From contig NC_043015.1 of assembly GCF_006345805.1 (NCBI RefSeq), positions 10,788,001 through 10,852,000 on the forward strand: a DNA stretch of 64,000 nt, given 5' to 3'. Source of the DNA: Octopus sinensis (Eukaryota). Shown piece after piece: positions 40,957 through 54,429 of this stretch. Under the pieces are notes generated by a model. That model was not told the DNA's origin and made no database searches. It was given only the letters and a program-made list of their open reading frames with translations. Made by a program: the position numbers and the translations under genes. The first letter of the stretch is position 1, and each line of letters opens with the position of its first letter.

Positions 40957-42789
40957 CACAACAGCTACCACAAGGACATGTGTTACTCAAAAATTCTTGG
41001 TTGGGGATGCAAATCCTCTCATTCACGTACGACATAATGCGGCAGCCACATAGAGTTGAAGCGTCCATCTCTTTCTTCTCTCAAGTAGAATGAGGAAAAT
41101 TGGATGTTGAGGTAATGTAATAAATAAATACATATATAGAGGTGAAGATGGAGGGGCGAGAGTTCGGGACGAGGGATAAAAAATGTGTATAAAAAGTGTA
41201 AGTATAGAATAAATAAAAATGTAGAGGATAAAGGGTTGTAAGTAGATGTAAAGGGGGTATAAGAAATATAAAGTAAAAATAGAAATAGAAATAAAAGTAA
41301 AAAAACCTGATAAAAACATGATAAAAGTGTAAAAGAATGTAAAGATAAGGGGTGTATAGAGGTTATGGACCAAGCATGGTGGTCAGGAGATTGATAAAAT
41401 TTAGTTGTAGAATTGTCAGTACATCAACAGTTTCGTCTGGGGACTTAATGCGTGTAAATCAGAGCTGATGAGCTTTAATCTGGTCCTTGAATTAAATGGA
41501 CTTCTAGTACATACATATCATCATGGATATATACACCCACATACACGCGTACATATACGCCTCCAAGCTTATAAGCATACACACGCCTCGCGTGTAAACA
41601 CGTACATAAACACACACGCACCCACACGCACGCGCGTACACACACATACATACAACAGAATATCCGCATATATACACGGCATTACGCGCGTACACGCTCA
41701 CTGTATATACGCGCGCCCATCACTACATACACACACGTATATGCCCACGCCTCTAGGTCCAGGTATAAGATATTAAAGGATGTGTATAAGAACGTATGTA
41801 AAGAATCCCGTACTCATGTCAATACGCGCACGCACACACGGCTGTGTGTCCGTATGTGCGTGGCACATATACACTCATATACACACACAGAGACACACGC
41901 GCACATGGGTATAGCTATAAGATATCGAAGTATGCATGTACATATATGCGCGTGCAATGTATGTATGCGTACACACGTACGCGGACGCTCGTATATTCAA
42001 AAGGTGGATCCATAGGTGTAAATAAACATATATAGAGGTGTAAAGCGATAAGTTAGGGGTAAGAATGAGGTATGGGTAAAGATTAGAAATAAAAAATACA
42101 GTATAAAATAAGAAATACAATGTAATAGTTAGAAATGAAGTATAAGAATTATAAAAATTATAAGATTTAAGGTAAGGGATGAAAATGAAAATGAGAATAA
42201 ATGGAAGTAGAATAAAAGTAAAAATAAAATAAAATAAAATAAAATAAATGGAAGTAGGATAAAAGTAAAAATAAAAGTAAAAATAAAAATAAAAATAAAA
42301 ATAAAATAAGATAAAATATAATTTTGTAAAGTTTAACATGAGATGAGGTGGTTGAAAGTTAGAGGTGTGTGTTAAACGTAGGGGCGGGCGGGGGAACTGA
42401 AAATTGGAAGGGTGGGAAGTGGAGTTTGGCGGTGTGCGTTCAACATCTGAGTTAGAAATGTGAAAGGGTATAGATATAGGGGATTAAAGAGACTACATAG
42501 GGAGGATATGGGTGTAGGAGAAGAAATATTTAGGGAAAAGAAGTCATATATGGGAGACAAATTTGTATATATAGGGGGAAAATGCAGGGAACCCTATATG
42601 CACGTACACACACCCACACACACACACACACGCACATGTACATATATATGTATATGTACCATACGTACACGTATGTGCACATACATACGCACACACACAC
42701 AACATACACATATACACGCACATATAGGAAAGCGGGATGTGCTGGAGCCGACAGGTTGCACCGGGTGGGAGGAAATTGCATGGGGGAGT

Positions 42790-44937
42790 TGGTATAAGAC
42801 ATAAGCATTGTAGTATTTGAAAGTATTAATAAGTTTATGTATACAGGATGGTTTGAACTCTGACCTTTTGTTAATAAGATTGTGTTGTCTTTGAATTTCA
42901 AGATGTTAAGGAGTTCTACACAGCATAGTTGGCATCCTGCTCTATTATTTAAATAAGGTGCAGCTGATCCGATGATGGACCATCTGAGTTTGAAGCCTAT
43001 GCATTTGTTTTAATTCCCAAATTCTTTGAGAGGAGGGTGCTGTTAGCCTTATGTCTGTGTCTCAGCGAGGACCGGTGGTTGTAGTATCTGGATTTCCAGG
43101 AGGTTGAGCAACCAATATAGGTGAGTGTGTTAAACTGAGTACTCACCTCACATGAGTATATTACGTTTTTCGCCCTACATGCGCCCTGCAGCGGGCACTC
43201 TGATGCACATCTGCAGTTGCATTGCGTTGCATTGTTCGGTCGTGTACTGCTAATCCCAGGCGGAGGTGTTGCAATACGAGTGGGGCGTTGGTATCCTCCT
43301 GGTTGTTGAGGGTGTAGTATTTCCTCTGTTGTGTTGGCGGGTGTTATTACTAACTGTTTGGGTAGTATGGCTGCCAGTCTGGTTATATTGTCTACTGTCT
43401 GGATGAGGGGGTTCTGTTGGTCGCTATGGTTTGCTCTTGATCTAGCTGTTCTAATATTAATATAGTTATGTTTAGCTATGAGGCAGCTCATGTTGGCAGG
43501 GTAGAGTAGGAAATCCTAATAGTTTTGTTGGAGAAGATACTTCTATACTTGTGGGTGGGTGGGAAGTTGTTGGAAATTATAGAGAATATTCTCTTACATA
43601 ACTTACCCCTAACTGCTAAGTTGAAAGGTATGTTTGAACCATATATATTTGCGTAATCTACTATTATCCCTTCTATTTCTCCTAATAGGATCTATATTGC
43701 TCTCGTCGGGAGGGTTACTATTGTGTGCTGTTCTATTAGTTCGCCTATTTCCCATACGTTGTTTGGAGTTTAAATTAGAATTATCGCTAGTGTGAGTTGA
43801 GTGCTGAGTTCGATTATAATTGGGAGTCTTATGGCCGACGGACGCTCCCGGGTGGTCTACATATGATATTCTCTGGTTATACCCGGCACTATAGAGAGCC
43901 TGGTTGTAGTGTTGTGCATGATTATTGAAAATTTCTCTATTAGAGGATAGTTTTGTCAGTCTGTCTGAGATGGCTTGGACCGTGGTGCTAATTATACAGG
44001 GTGGATGGTTGGAAGAGGTATGGATGTATTTGGTAGTTTCTTCTGGTTCCTATACGGGTAGTGAAGGTGCTTATTCAAATCTAACGTAACATCTAAGAAG
44101 TTTACTATTTTAGTATTGGTCATAATTCTAGTTTAAGATTGAAGGATTTGAAAAAAAGCCTGATCTTTTTCCTAATTCTTTCTAGTTTACTCCTATTGTT
44201 GGTGGGGTATATGAAGAGAGCGTCGTCTCTGTATAGACCCCCCTGAAGATCCGGTACCTCGGAGAAAAGCTTCTTGAGCAGGTAGGCCCCGACCAAGTCA
44301 GTCACCTGAGCTGAATCGCTCGAGCCCATAGCCACATCGAAATGTCGGGGGTATCGGATCTGGTCCAGAGTCTACCGTCGAATTCTATTATGGTTTTTCT
44401 AGCTAATAGAATTATGTCAATTTTTTCTCTATCTATGAGTGAAAGGTTGCGGGCAAAAATAAGGGATTTGTTAAGTAAGATGGGGGATATACTGGCGTAG
44501 TAGCTAGCTATGTCGAATTGGATGAATGAGTAGTCGGGCCTATTGGTGATAGTGTTAAACCATTCTAGCACATCGTTGGTGTTAATCCATAGTTGGAGTA
44601 GGATGTGGGGTTTGATGTGTGGGATCACCCTGTCCAGGATGGCCTTGCTAAGTCTGCCGATATCCGATTTAGTCGGACAGATTAATCGTACTCCTACACT
44701 ATCTGGGAAGTCTTTCTTATGGTCTTTAATAGTAATTTTGGGTACTTGTGGTTTAATAGGTTCTGTTCTGTCCAGGAGGTTTAATTTGCTCATAACTTCC
44801 TTGATTTTGTAGTTAATTTCCTTAAGGTTATCCGTAGAAGTAGTTTTATACTTTTTGCTAAGTTCCCTCATGATGAGCGATTTGTAGGTTTGGTAGTCTA
44901 GCCTATACCAGTTCCCAGTCTTGTCGGCGGGTATGAT
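42790..44937 (-). pseudogene. PLE polyprotein: reverse transcriptase plus GIY-YIG endonuclease, frameshifted, 5'-truncated
   Basis: ADKTGN, TIKDHK, RLICPTKSDIG, FDIASYY, FDVAMGSSD, GLYRDDAL, VNFLDV, SSNHP, WFN.P, SYS..PNM, CNC..CPLQGAC, NVIYSCEV..TYIGCST..RYYNH, CQLC..E, NKRSEF..C.H. The last motifs are what I recall for the Naiad clade. Confidence 0.9.
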
Positions 44938-46575
44938 CCCCCTATATATACAAATTTTGTCTCCCATATATGACTTCTTTTCCCTAAATATTTCTTCTCC
45001 TACACCCATATCCTCCCTATGTAGTCTCTTTAATCCCCTATATCTATACCCTTTCACATTTCTAACTCAGATGTTGAACGCACACCGCCAAACTCCACTT
45101 CCCACCCTTCCAATTTTCAGTTCCCCCCGCCCGCCCCTACGTTTAACACACACCTCTAACTTTCAACCACCTTCATCTCATGTTAAACTTTACAAAATTA
45201 TATTTTTATCTTATTTTATTTTATTTTTATTTTTACTTTTATTTTTACTTTTATCCTACTTCCATTTATTTTTATTTTTATTTTTAATTTTATTTTTACT
45301 TTTATTCTACTTCCATTTATTCTCATTTTCATTTTCATCCCTTACCTTAAATCTTATAATTTTTATAATTCTTATACTTCATTTCTAACTATTACATTGT
45401 ATTTCTTATTTTATACTGTATTTTTTATTTCTAATCTTTACCCTTACCCTCATTCTTACCCCTAACTTATCGCTTTACACCTCTATATATGTTTATTTAC
45501 TTACCTATGGATCCACCTTTTGAATATACGAGCGTCCGCGTACGTGTGTATACGCATACATACATATGCACGCGCATATATGTACATGCATACTTCGATA
45601 TCTTATAGCTATACCCATGTGCGCGTGTGTCTCTGTGTGTGTATATGAGTGTATATGTGCACGCACACACGGACACACAGCCGTGTGTGCGTGCGCGTAT
45701 TGACATGAGTACGGGATTCTTTACATACGTTCTTATACACATCCTTTAATATCTTATACCTGGACCTAAAGGCGTGGGCATATACGTGTGTGTATGTAGT
45801 GATGGGCGCGCGTATATACATGTGAGCGTGTACGCGCGTAATGTCCGTGTATATATGCGGATATTCTGTTGTATGTATGTGTGTGTACGCGCGTGCGTGT
45901 GGGTGTGTGTGTGTTTATGTACGTGTTTACACGCGAGTGCGTGTGTATGCTCATAGGCTTGGAGGCGTATATGTACGCGTGTATGTGGGTGTATATATCC
46001 ATGATGATATGTATGTACTAGAAGTCCATTTAATTCAAGGAACCAGATTAAATGCTCATCAGCTCTGATTTACAACGCATTAAGTCCCCAGACGAAACTG
46101 TTGATGTACTGACAATTCTACAACTAAATTTTATCAATCTCCTGACCACCATGCTTGGTCCATAACCTCTATACATCCCTTATCTTTACATTCTTTTACA
46201 CTTTTATCATGTTTTTATCAGGTTTTTTTACTTTTATTTCTATTTCTATTTTTACTTTATATTTCTTTATACCCCCTTTACATCTACTTACAACCCTTTA
46301 TCCTCTACATTTTTATATTATTCTATACTTACACTTTTTATACATTTTTTATCCCTCGTCCCGAACTCTCGCCCCTCCATCTTCACCTCTATATATGTAT
46401 TTATTTATTTACATTACCTCAACATCCAATTTTCCTCATTCTACATTGAGAGAAGAAAGAGATGGACGCTTCAACTCTATGCTGCTGCCGCATTATGTCG
46501 TACGTGAATGAGAGGATTTGCATCCCCAACCAAGAATTTTTGATGTAACACATGTCCTTGTGGTAGCTGTTGTGC

Positions 46576-46653
46576 GCGGCTGAAGAAGGCCACAGACATA
46601 CATTATGCATTGTTATAAATCTGTCTAATAAAGGCCCGAAACATATGTACCGC
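46576..46653 (+). ncRNA. Type I hammerhead in the inverted arm; predicted cleavage after GTA at 46649
   Basis: GCGG-CTGAAGA-A-GGCC-ACAGA...TCTGT..GGCC-C-GAA-ACATATGT-A-CCGC; palindromic 8-nt stem III. Confidence 0.8.
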
Positions 46654-46761
46654 TGAATCCTTCGCATCATGTTTTTATTTTTATTTTGATCAATTTACTC
46701 CACCACCTACACCACCAAACGGTATACACAGGTGCTTATAATTATCAAGTACTCACCCCGA

Positions 46762-46821
<60 letters not shown>

Positions 46822-46876
46822 TATATATATAAGAATTAAGTTAGAGATAAAACCACTATTAGGCAAATCAAACAGT

Positions 46877-46911
46877 GAAAAACATAAACCAAAACATAGA
46901 AATGAAATTAA

Positions 46912-46945
<34 letters not shown>

Positions 46946-46980
46946 TTAATTTCATTTCTATGTTCTGGTTTATGTTTTTC
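46877..46980. repeat. 104-bp palindrome centred on a (TA)n tract
   Basis: gaaaaacataaacca.aacatagaaatgaaattaattaa-(TA)n-ttaattaatttcatttctatgtt.tggtttatgtttttc. Confidence 0.93.
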
Positions 46981-47550
46981 AATTCCACATTTCTGCTAAA
47001 ACGGACAGGTTAGTAACAACCTCACCACTACATTAATGTAAATCTTTTTGAACTCATAATATTCTGTACTGAACTTTTTTAATAATTCCTCCTGGAAATT
47101 ACCCTGAGATGTATAATATTTTTGTTTTAATCTTTTCTGCCCATTTTTTCAATGAGCTTGTTAAACTTTTTTATATTCTCAACATACTGTTGTCACCAAA
47201 GACTGTATATTTATATGGATTATAGTACTCTGTGTCAACCAATATTCTGTGCATGTTTGAATATATAGATACAGTACCAATATCAATTCCTTCTGGAAAC
47301 TATCTTAAGTATGTCCTTGAGAACGATTATTTATGTACTTTTTTTTGCCCAATATTTTAAGGAACTTGTTGAACTTTTTTTATGTCCCTGTTACCAAAGA
47401 CTGTATATGTATATGTAATGTAGCAATTTGCAACAACCAATAATTAACGCAACAAAATTTCCACGTGTTACTTTTGACAATCTTTTTCCAAAGAGTGAAA
47501 CCGGTAAAGTAAATAAACATCTTTTAAATTGCATTTTCAAACCTACTTTC

Positions 47551-47601
<51 letters not shown>

Positions 47602-48057
47602 ATATATATTATGGATGTATAGATAAAGGTATTTAGTTATTTATGTGCGTGTTATTATTTAAACATAAATTGCACACCACCTGTTGAATTTACAAAATAT
47701 TTTCTGGCAATAGCTCTCATATTACTACTCCCTAAGTGTATAGAAGTACTATCTGATTTTTAAAAATATGTTAACCAATATTTGTTTTTAGGGAAACTTA
47801 TACTTAGCATAGCATTCGAGTTGCACTTGTATATTTACACCATGCAGCATAAACTACCGCCTCAGAACTCCTTTAACATATCAAATTCAAACCCATTTCT
47901 CTATATCTTTCCAAATCTGTTCGTATTATTTTATGTTGTGTATGTAAACATGTGTGATTGAGTGAGCGTGTGTGAGCATATCTGCTATTGTATATGTGTA
48001 TGCCTGTATGTGTTTGAGTGTTCGTGAGTAAAGGCGCTTGGGCTATATATATATATA

Positions 48058-48089
<32 letters not shown>

Positions 48090-48383
48090 CGTGTATATAG
48101 TGCTATGCGTGGCTGTAGTTTGACGTTTCCTTCCCAACCTCATGGATCCGAATTCAATCTCGCCGCGTAGCTACTTCTCTTCTATAGCACCTCTCTTCTT
48201 CTATAGCTTGGAGCCGACCAAGGCCTCTTAAATAGATTTGGTAGACAGGAACTATAAACTATATGTGTGTGCGCGTGTGCATGTATGCATGTGTGTGTTT
48301 GTATATATATATGTGTATATAATATATAAATAATATATGTAATATACATATATACAGACATATAAACTCACACACACACATAC

Positions 48384-48459
<76 letters not shown>

Positions 48460-49429
48460 TGATGGTCTGCTTGAGAAGTAGATTTGCTATGCTCTACATA
48501 CTTCAATGAATATAGATGCGCCAAATATCGTTCCTTGAAATTTCTCGTAGGTCAAATAGAGTACCCAATAAGATTGTGAAGCATGTTACAAACCATGTAT
48601 TTCTAAACAAACGATAAACCTTCTGCTGCAGGGAGTTTTCATGTTTTCAAAATGATTTATTTGCCCAGACGATAACTCATATATTTTGCATGCGCGCGCA
48701 CTTCGAACACGCGTATATATATATATACTGAGAATGAGGAAATGTGTGTTTGTGTGTGTATGAGTATATACGTATGTAATTATATGTTTGTATTTGTCTA
48801 CAATCACTTCTTAACAATCGTTGCTGGTTTGTTTACGTTCCTGGTAACTAGCGGTTCGGCAAAAACATAATCGACTGATTAAGTAACAGGTTTTAAAAAA
48901 TATGTAGTGAAGTCGATTTTTCCGACTAATACCTTCAGATCTGTGACTCAGCATGGCCACAGTCCAGTGACCTAAGTACGTTTAAGGCAAACGATAATAA
49001 TCCGCTACTGGGTTCTAGATGTCGTAAAAAAAAATGTCTACTAACTTCTGGTACATTTTGCTGCTTTTTGCTTTGAAAACATTATGTTCGACAGTCAATA
49101 AATGCTTTTATCTTTATGACAAACGGCGAAGCGCCGCTGAGTTATATTCGCAATGATGCTATAGGAATCACCTATATAAACACATCACATTTAAAAAAAC
49201 TGCATCTTATCCTATTCGTGTTTCATAGATACTTGCCGCCACAGATTCAATTTTTATTGAATTCCCGCCTGAAAACATCGTCTTTTTTTTAATACCAGAA
49301 TGTTTTCTTTTCTTATAACATTGAGAAGGATTCGATTTTTAAATTCCTTCCTATTTCACTATTGCCCATTAATAAAAGCTACACACATTTAGTTTTTACC
49401 AATATATCTTGTGTCTCTTGTCTCCACTT

Positions 49430-49560
49430 TTCTTCTTCTTCTTCTTCTTCTTCTTCTTCTTCTTCTTCTTCTTCTTCTTCTTCTTCTCTTCTTCTTCTGC
49501 TTCTTCTTCTTCTTCTTTTCTTACTCTTCTTCTTCTTCTTCTTCTTCTTCTCTTTATTCC
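49430..49560. repeat. (CTT)n microsatellite
   Basis: Direct reading. Confidence 0.97.
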
Positions 49561-49992
49561 TCTTATTGTGATTATTATTACTTTTTTTGCATTTGCTTTT
49601 TCTTTTAAAGTATACTAGCTGCAACCAAGTCTCAACCAGAGAGAACACACAAACACAGAAAGATGCAAGAAGAATACCAAAATAAGGGCCAAGACCAGCA
49701 GTAGAAAAAACGAACGAGAACATACAGGCGAGGAGAGGGTCAACATACCAAATATTGGTACCAACAGCAGCAAACACTGCAGTGGGCAAACCCATGTACA
49801 CACACAATGTAGTGGACAAATCCATATACACACACAGAAACACCCATATGAATCACATAGACACGCGTACACAGCCAACGTGCATACACACACACATATA
49901 GATGCAGGCACAAACACATGCGCAGATATGATACACATCATAGAAAGACATAATAGATTAAAGAGAACAGGAGGATACACGGGGATGGAAAA

Positions 49993-50038
49993 GTTGCTGA
50001 AGAGGTCACAGATATGTGACGAAAGATTTTCAGTCAAT
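49993..50038 (+). ncRNA. Degenerate hammerhead
   Basis: GTTG-CTGAAGA-G-GTCACA-gata-TGTGAC-GAAA-gattttcagt-CAAT; core and stem II intact, stem III and cleavage site disrupted. Confidence 0.45.
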
Positions 50039-50196
50039 AATTTTCAAGAACAATAATAGACAAATGAAGAACAAACATATAGTACGTGTGTTTAGTTGGT
50101 AAGAAGAAAATGATCACCGCGAAATAAAACAATATCGAATTCAACACACGATTTCACAAATGTATAATTCGTGATCATATATACATATATATTTAC

Positions 50197-50267
<71 letters not shown>

Positions 50268-50368
50268 TAACAATTGAGGATAAAATCTTTAAAATAAATT
50301 ATCAGTAGTTTGCGTGAAAAACCACGTAAGAGAAAAAATCCGTAAATTTTTCCACTTTGAAAATATTT

Positions 50369-50549
50369 ATTTATATTATATTGAGGGTACTACTATTCGT
50401 AGATACCACACGCTAAGAGGGACCAATGCGGTCGAAACTACTAAAATAAACAGTCGGTAAATTTTTGTTTATTTTAGTAGTTTTGACCACATTGGTCCCT
50501 CTTAGCGTGTGGTATCTACGAATAGTAGTACCCTCAATATAATATAAAT
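50369..50549. repeat. Inverted repeat, 84-bp arms (50369-50452 / 50466-50549), ending in (TA)n
   Basis: Direct comparison; cac.ctaagagggac..a..gtcg..actac.aaaat is shared with the outer part of the 25692 palindrome. Confidence 0.94.
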
Positions 50550-50599
50550 ATATATATATATATATGTATATATATATGTATTATATATAATATATATAT

Positions 50600-50631
<32 letters not shown>

Positions 50632-52323
50632 AGTGTGTATGTATTTAGGTATGTATATATGACTACATATAAGAATATAAATGTGTACAGATATGCAAAC
50701 TCGCACACAAGTATGCATGCATTAGCTTATCCACGCAGTTACACACGCACACACATACATAAACGGCACACACCCACATATACATTATATATACACTCAT
50801 AAAATGTAAGAATCCGTGAATCTCTACTTTGTTGCTAAGCGTTTAAGTAGATTCAGATGCTATTTATCCAAATTCTAGTATGCGTCATTTTTTTTCCTTT
50901 CAAAGTCATCCGTTTAACTATGCAAAAATTATTTGTTGAACATATTGAATATATTCACGTGTAAAACAAATGAAAATTACAATACAATAAATGCGGCTTC
51001 ATAAAATGTTTGCCTTAACCCATTTTATACTGTCCGCAATTTTAGACATTGTATAGAATAGGTTATCGGCTGCTGAAAGGCTTCTAGTGCATGATACTAC
51101 TCCCATATATATAGGTCTATCGAACTCACTTTTGGCAAAAGAAAAAAATTGGATTAACGTGGTCATTTCAAATAGATATTCGTTTGGTTACATTCATAAG
51201 AGAATGAAAATCACGAAAAATCGAAAAGAATCATGTATCGTCATTTTGTTGCAGCATCCATTATTTACTTTAAGGTGTAAAAGCGATAGATTTATTTAGA
51301 ATTATAACACACACTTTGTTGAAATTTTTCAAATGTTGTCCCCTCATCATCCCAATGTTTAGAAAGGTAAACCATTCGAGAAAACATGAATGAATTTGAA
51401 ATTTCATCACTATCTAAGTTTGATACAAATAGAGTTGAGTTCGTTATTTCTTATATATATTATTAGATTGCGGCCATGCCGGGGTACCACCGTGAAGAAT
51501 TTTAGTGGAACAAATCGAGCTCAGTGTTTTTTCTTTAAAGCCTGGTATTTATTCTATTCGTCTCTTGTTCCAAACCGCTAAGTTACGGGAGGTAAACACA
51601 TGAACACCGACTCTGGATCGACGCTGGCGTACAAACACAATAATATACATATATAGATACCTACATACATGTAAATATACATACATACATAAATGCATAC
51701 ATACATACATACCTACCTACATACATACATACATACATACAAACAAACATACATATATGACGAGCTTCTTTCAGTTTCCACCTACCAAATCCATTCAAAA
51801 GGCTTTGGTCATACCGCGGCTATATTGAAATATACATTCTGCAACTATCTGGTTCAGAAAAAAATGTCCTAATACACAGCCACACCTGCACATAATTGAA
51901 TATATTGTGTGCATAAGTATATATATATGTTTCTGTATGCGCATCCGTAAGTGTATTCCATGGATGGATATATGCCTGTGTCTACCTACGTGTTTGCGAC
52001 CGTGTATATGCCTGTCCGTATATGAAAAAGTGTTCTTAAATTCAGTATGTAATATTATAGGAGTTACATATCTTTTGAAAAACAAATGTAAAGAAACTAT
52101 GCACATACAGAAATATGTGTTTGACTAAAATATTGTATATGTTATTATATATTATATAATAAAATATATTATATTATGATATAGCATGTATATATATAAT
52201 ATATGACTATATTAGTATATGCATGCACATTGTATCTTAATATATCTCTCCTTCTCTCTTTCTCTCCATCACTATATATATATTTACACAAACATATATA
52301 TGTATATATATATATATATATAG

Positions 52324-52355
<32 letters not shown>

Positions 52356-53149
52356 ATATATATATATGGTATGTATGTATGCATAAACAGAAGGCCTGAT
52401 AATACACACAAAACCAAACAGATTATACTACGTGAATTAACAGGTACTGTACCCATATATATTCACGCTTACTCGAACACACGTACACGGATGTAAATTG
52501 TAGCGAAAGTCTTACAATGGCGATAATAGTAATGAAATTATCTCCAAAGAAATAGACTATAAGTCAACAATATAATGAAGCCGGTACCCTCACAAACACA
52601 CACACACACGCACACACACACACACACACACATACACATACACACATACACACACACACGTTTCTATTGAGCCATTATCAGCCATTATCTGCTGCCGTCA
52701 ATATAAATTAAATTAAATCCAATTCAGTGCGCTGAGTAATAACAAAAAAGCACATGAAATACATGGAATTAAAATATATGAAAAACAAATAAGATACATA
52801 CACACAAATACACACTCACACACACACAAACACATACACACAATAGTACACACAGATGTGAACCGTTACACGCACATCGATACGCACATACACACAAATC
52901 TTGTATACCTACAATTCACTTGAGGAAGTTCAGCACAATACAGACACAGCTCTACTGCGGTTAGATAAACACACAGCACACATACAAGCAACAACACTTA
53001 TACTTTACGTTCAACACACATAGATTTACATTTCATAAAACTTTAAATCACTACTACACTCACTTCTAAATTACCAACTGATATAAGTATAAGACAAAAA
53101 ACAAATAGCAGTTTTACTGTACTCATTAATGAGTTTACAAATGTGTAGT

Positions 53150-53760
53150 GAAATAAATTGTCAAAAGTTAAACTCAAAGAAAAATGGATGCACTGGAACC
53201 AGTATCTCTTATTTTATGGACAGAATAATCCTATGGAAATACAACATTTATTTTTATATGCACATGAGCGAGGAACATCATGTCCAAATTTTCTCCGTCT
53301 CTGCTTTCTCGATATCATTTTAATGAGCTCTATCCTTGACAGACATTGAAGAAGTTTCAGGAACCACTCTCACCCATTAATGTTGCGATGAGCTTTGCTT
53401 CTCTTTCCAAATATTGTACTCTATTGACAGGTCTTAGAAATTCTGTAGTTTAAGAAACTGTTCTAGAATGTTCAGTTTATTTTTGCTCTTAATTTCCCAT
53501 AAACTTAGCGTTTCAATATTCAGATGTTCACATGTAATAAATCTCAAGACATACTCGTTAACGTCTTCCTTTCTGTACAAAGATTTCGGACAATGGAATC
53601 TACGCAGAAAGAATAGGACAATGCAAATATTCTTTATACTTATTTTGACTTTTATCACTGTTTGGCTTGATTTCAAAACGTTTTTGATTTCGAAACCCAT
53701 CACCTGCCAATGCAATTCTATGGCTGATAGCAATCTCGTTATTGTTTCAAGTCAATAATA
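53150..53760 (-). mobile_element. Possible L1/Tx1 ORF2 remnant (APE-RT linker)
   Basis: SHRIAL; FITCEHLNIETLSLWEIK; MGESGS*NFFNV...RDGE loosely resemble SDH, LWE.LK and GE..TK.FF...DG. Confidence 0.35.
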
Positions 53761-54143
53761 CACATGTGTTCTTTCTTATTGTAGAAGTTTAGTACGATGA
53801 TCTGCGTCAAGGTTTCATATATGAAGACATGTATTGAGATTTGTCGGTATTAATATAGAGACATATCGATCAGGATAACACTGCCGTTATTTTATATATG
53901 ACCGAAGAGGAAAAACAGTACTTTTAGGAAAAAGATAGCACCAGTCATTTTGCGATACTTTACACTGGAACCTACTATGGCGACCGAATGAGTCGCGTAA
54001 CTGTTGCATTATTTAAATCCAATGACGTGCAGATACCTCACTATCAATTCTTATCTCGGTCCGAAAGTGAATCAGGCTAAAAAGGCTGACAGGCTGACTA
54101 TGAGACAACTGTCATCTGACAAGGTGTGGCTATAACCACACCA

Positions 54144-54284
<141 letters not shown>

Positions 54285-54429
54285 CATATATATACATGTC
54301 TAGGAGGGTAACTTTCTAGGTGCAATACCATGGTCATTCATGACCGAAGGGGGTCTTTAAAAAAAAAAAAATATATATATATATATACATAATATGAACC
54401 TGCGTTCTCTTTTGTTTTTGATCATTTGA

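Larger units (their letters stand above)
40836..46697 (-). mobile_element. Fold-back Penelope-like element (Naiad-type): inverted arms 40836-42578 and 44938-46697 around a 5'-truncated RT-EN body
   Basis: Arms are reverse complements (mirrored ORFs 40862 and 46419; 42460 and 44302), both end in tgatcaattta, and each carries a hammerhead near its outer end. (TA)n flanks both sides. Confidence 0.92.
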
